A DNA stretch of 64,000 nucleotides from the human T2T-CHM13v2.0 reference genome, Homo sapiens: the NCBI RefSeq assembly GCF_009914755.1, contig NC_060929.1; one strand, written 5' to 3'. Of this stretch, positions 59,600-64,000 are shown piece by piece. The translations under genes were made by a program, and so were the position numbers. Position 1 is the first letter of the stretch, and the number at the start of each line of letters is the position of its first letter. The notes beneath the pieces are model-generated. The model was given only the letters and a program-made list of their open reading frames with translations, was not told where the DNA came from and did no database searches.

Positions 59600-61260
59600 A
59601 CCTTCCCCAGTCGCGCGTGTCGCTCGCATGGCCTCGTCAAAGTTGGAAGTTAACAGTCGTGAGATTAGTACGCAGGTGCACACCAGTTATTTACAGAACG
59701 GCGGTCAGAGCCGCGGGAGTAGGGGCCGGCCGCCCGGCAGGGGTGCGGTGTGAACAAAGGCGGTGGCTGGGGTGGAGGGGCGGGGAGGAGTGCTACATGG
59801 ATCGCGGCTCAGGGCCCAGGGGGTCGCCCCCTGGGTGTAAGGCCGCGCTGTGGAGCACCCTCGGGGGCTCCATGCAACAGTCAGCGCCGACTGGCCAGTG
59901 GGGCATCAGGGCAGACTCCAGTCCGCGGAGACGGACGGTGCGCACCGCTCAGCCCAAGGAGAGAAGCCGTCTGCACTTGGAAACCTCAACCTTGGCAAAA
60001 GGTGGATGAACGCACCGGCTCCCCTACACCTTCCCTGCCTTCTACTGGCCCACGTTCCCCCTCTGAAGCTGGAGTTGGCAGCCAATCCCGTTACCTTTCA
60101 ACTTTAAGGCATCTTCTACATAGTTTTTCTAAGCAAAAAAGCAATAAAAATTGAGGTAATTCTGTAGTGGTTCACACGCGTGGGCGAGGCACGCGCGCAC
60201 CAGACGGCCACTCTCTCTCTCAGCCCTGCGGCGGGGGAGCTGTGCGCGAGGCGAGAAAAGGCCACCGGGGCCGACGGGCGGACAGTGGAGGTGGGGAGTG
60301 TCCCCGCGCCCCTCCGCCGCCTCCGTGACCGGACCCCCGCAGGACAGGGCCGCGCGGGGCTGTGAGCTGCGCGAAGGCCGGGCGGAAGCGGGCCATAGTT
60401 CCACGAGTCAGAAGGACACGCTCAGCAAAGGGTCGGCGGCAGCAGCGACGGCGGTGGCAGCCGGGAAGCCCCTGGCAGTGCCGGAAACTCGGGGTGGGGT
60501 CCCCGCACGACGCCGCGAGACCGCGAACCCCCCCGGGCCGGGACGGGCTCGGCCCGGAGGGTCGCCCTTTGGCCACCGGCCCCTCCTGCAACCACGACAG
60601 ATCTTTGCCCCTTTACAAGCCATCACCAACCAGGTTCGGCCCCAGCAGAGGCCCGAGCCCCCGCCAGCAGGCAGCGCGGCCCGGAGCGGACGCCGAGCTC
60701 AGAGGCCCGGGAGAAAACGGTCACCCCAGAGCGCGCCCGCAGAGTCAGGGGAGCTTTCCATAGACAGAGAGGAGGGGGGCCCAAGGCAAGCTCCACAGGG
60801 CGCAGGGCATGCACTGGAGGGCAGAGGCAGAGTTATAAACGGGTCGGTTACTTGACGAGATCTTCCGGATGGGCGAGTCGGGGTCCGGGCGGGACAGCCA
60901 CTGAACTACGTAGCTCTTCTTGGAGGGATCTGAGATGTTTCCTAGAGGGAGGAGAGAGGGGCTGCGGCCGCAGGGCACCAGGCTGGGGCCCCCACCCCAG
61001 GCAGAGAGGCTCCGGGTCTCCCGGGGTCCTGGGGAAGCGTCATTCAAGGCCCTCGCCTCCCCGGGCGGACAAAGGGTCCTCCGCTGCCAAGTCCACGCCC
61101 ACCTCCTGCCCCTCCTGACAGCAGCCGGGGTCTCAGCTGGGTCTCAGCTATCCCGTCCCTCTCGCTGCCCTGGCATGCAGGCCCTGCCGCCTCCTTTTCT
61201 GGGCCGGCTCCTCTGCCCCTGCACCCTGCCCGCGCCCCGGGTTCCACCTGCTGACTCGAG
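59600..61260. promoter_or_regulatory. Intragenic CpG island spanning the ADAMTS2 penultimate exon
   Basis: Very high GC and dense CpG (cgcgcgtgtcgctcg, gcacgcgcgcac, cgacgccgcgagaccgcg); not repeat-derived. Confidence 0.85.
60852..60941 (-). CDS. ADAMTS2: ADAMTS2 penultimate exon ([31 protein letters not shown])
   Basis: ctctAG acceptor and GTAA donor; 90 nt, phase 1-1; in frame with both neighbouring exons. Confidence 0.95.
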
Positions 61261-61715
61261 CTCTGAGCTCCCAGAAAGCTTGGACAGAGAGTGCCAGGGG
61301 AATGAGAGATCCTGGATACACCCTCCCCAGCTGGGGGCAGGTGCCTAGACCCCCCAGAGCTCCCTCCTCTATAGAAGGGAACTGTGGCAGGCACGGTCCA
61401 GTCTTGAACTGTGTGGAGACCTTAGAGGTGACACATGTATAGCGTTTGGACAGGCATCTGTGCGTGGTAGGTATTCTGGTTCTCCTCAAAGGTCACAGAG
61501 CACACTCTCTACTCGCACAGGCGTCCCCCTATTCACACAGGCACCCCCTACACCATAGCCACCAGCATTCCCTAGCTGGCCGAGTCCTGCTGTCACCGTG
61601 AGTCTGCAGTGCCCTGAAAGCAGGGAGGGGCGAGTCAGCTCCACACAGCTCCCTCCATTTCCTGCCAGGCAAAGGTCCCAGACCTGGCCTGCAGTGCCCC
61701 GCTTCTCCATGCTCA

Positions 61716-62150
<435 letters not shown>

Positions 62151-62401
62151 CTAAAGAAGGGACCCACATGCCTGTCTCTCTGAGCTGCTGTGAGACAGTG
62201 CCCATATACAGACTGGCATAGGCCTGGCGCTGCTGGACTCTCAGTGACAGCCTCACTTCTCTGGCTGGAGGAGGTCCAAGGCCCAGGAGAACCTGCTGTG
62301 CCCTGGGCAGGGGTTGAGGTGGGGCACTGGGAAAGCTCTGACCCAGCCTAGGAGGCGCCAGTAGGCTCCCCACAATCCTGGGCATGAGGGTCCACCACTA
62401 G

Positions 62402-62918
<517 letters not shown>

Positions 62919-63059
62919 CAACGCCTGTTTTCAAGACTGGCCCTTGTGCAGCTCCTGGGAACCAAGCTCATGGAAGGCTCCACCTATTAAGAGTGTTTTT
63001 CCCTGCCTGAGGCCTTGAGTCACCAGTACCAGTTGGTCTGGGTAGTTCATACCAACAGT

Positions 63060-63421
63060 GATGGATGGGGAACACCTGCTTTTCCTCTACAGTCTGAGGT
63101 CACACCTATGTAGCTGACCCCATTGAAAACCCTGGACGCCCAGGCTCTGGTGGGCTCCCCTGCTTGGCAGCATTTCACATGCATTGCCACACATGGGTGC
63201 AGGGAGAATTCAGGGCATTTCCGTGACCCCACTGGGAGGGGACACCGGGAGCCTGCGCCTGGATTCCTCCCAACCTCCTTGCCTGTGACTTTTCTTTTTC
63301 CCGATTCTACTCTGTATCCTTTCACCGTAAGCCCCTGCAACTGCGAGTCCCGCTTCTGAGTCTGTGAGTCCTTCTAGTGGATTACTGAGCCTGAGGGTGG
63401 TCTTGGGGAGCCCCTGACACA
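63060..63421 (+). mobile_element. MER21-type LTR fragment
   Basis: aaaaccctggac...ttctgagtctgtgagtccttctagtg...gggtggtcttggggagcccctgacaca. Confidence 0.7.
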
Positions 63422-63953
63422 CGCTCCTCCAGCTCTGCCAGCGTGGGCCCTGCATGTGACCGGGCTGTCAGAGCTCACGTCAGCTCTGGCCTGGCCTCAG
63501 CTGGCTCTCAGGCCCTGCCCCTAGGACCACCCCTGAAGCCCTTCAGTCCATCCTCATTCTTCCTCCCAGCACAAGCCTAAGCACGCCCTGCTCTTCTCCC
63601 CTCCTGCGAGTTTGTCCCCTCCCACCTCTGCATGAGACCCAGGCGTCCCCTAGGATCCTGGAGCCCCGAACATCCTACTGGGCCTCGGAGCCCGGGCTAC
63701 CCTCAGTTTCCTGGGATTCCAGACCCCGTATCATGCAGAAGCCTCTGCCTGTGCAGTGAAGACACACATTCCACTGGTTTCTTAGTACAGCACTGACCAC
63801 GTGGCAGCCACTGGCGCCGTGAAACCCACAGGATGTGGCTCAGGACAGGAGCTACATCCAGGCCCACGGGCCGAAAGGGGAATGCTCTGGTCACCTCAGT
63901 CCCACCCAAGCTCAGTTTGGGAGCTGAGGACACGGGATCAGGGGATTGCTTAC

Positions 63954-64000
63954 CTGGGACCAGGGCCCGGCTCGCCAATGATCAGGGCAGAGCTCGCTGC
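63954..64000 (-). CDS. ADAMTS2: ADAMTS2 upstream exon 3' end (SELCPDHWRAGPWSQ) or a diverged duplicate of it; cut by the window edge
   Basis: WxxGPWSQ TSR motif ending in CAG|GTAAG, phase 0, matching the next exon. It differs from the human protein as I recall it (CSRELCPGRWRAGPWSQ). Confidence 0.5.

Noticed and set aside
60298-60855. 185-aa + strand ORF and overlapping GC-rich ORFs in the CpG island
   Set aside because: Low-complexity Pro/Arg/Ala/Gly sequence is expected from stop-poor GC-rich DNA; no domain and a non-ATG start.

Overview
Human (primate) genomic DNA, not microbial. The window holds two convergent genes. ZNF354C (KRAB-C2H2 zinc finger, + strand) has four coding exons at 1257-1283, 15635-15761, 16261-16356 and 17873-19287, which splice to 1665 nt = 554 aa + stop. 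The 3' end of ADAMTS2 (procollagen N-proteinase, - strand) comprises three complete coding exons and a ~3 kb 3' UTR. Between and within them are a 5'-truncated CSDE1/UNR retrocopy, a full-length but inactivated L1PA2-like element nested in an older L1, an AluYb8, a decayed hAT transposase fossil and many Alu/L1M/MaLR/MER repeats. I see no evidence for a wholly new multi-gene system. The best leads are: (1) a candidate intronic-polyadenylation isoform of ADAMTS2 that would drop the PLAC-containing last exon and its miR-29 sites; (2) a poly(A) signal overlapping the ADAMTS2 stop codon; (3) the CSDE1 retrocopy, which has an ATG-initiated ORF covering the last cold-shock domain and lies antisense to a possible long ZNF354C 3' UTR; (4) an exon-end-plus-donor at the window edge that may be a diverged duplicate. 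Repeat boundaries and subfamily names were judged by eye and are approximate. Comparisons to reference proteins and consensus elements are from memory.
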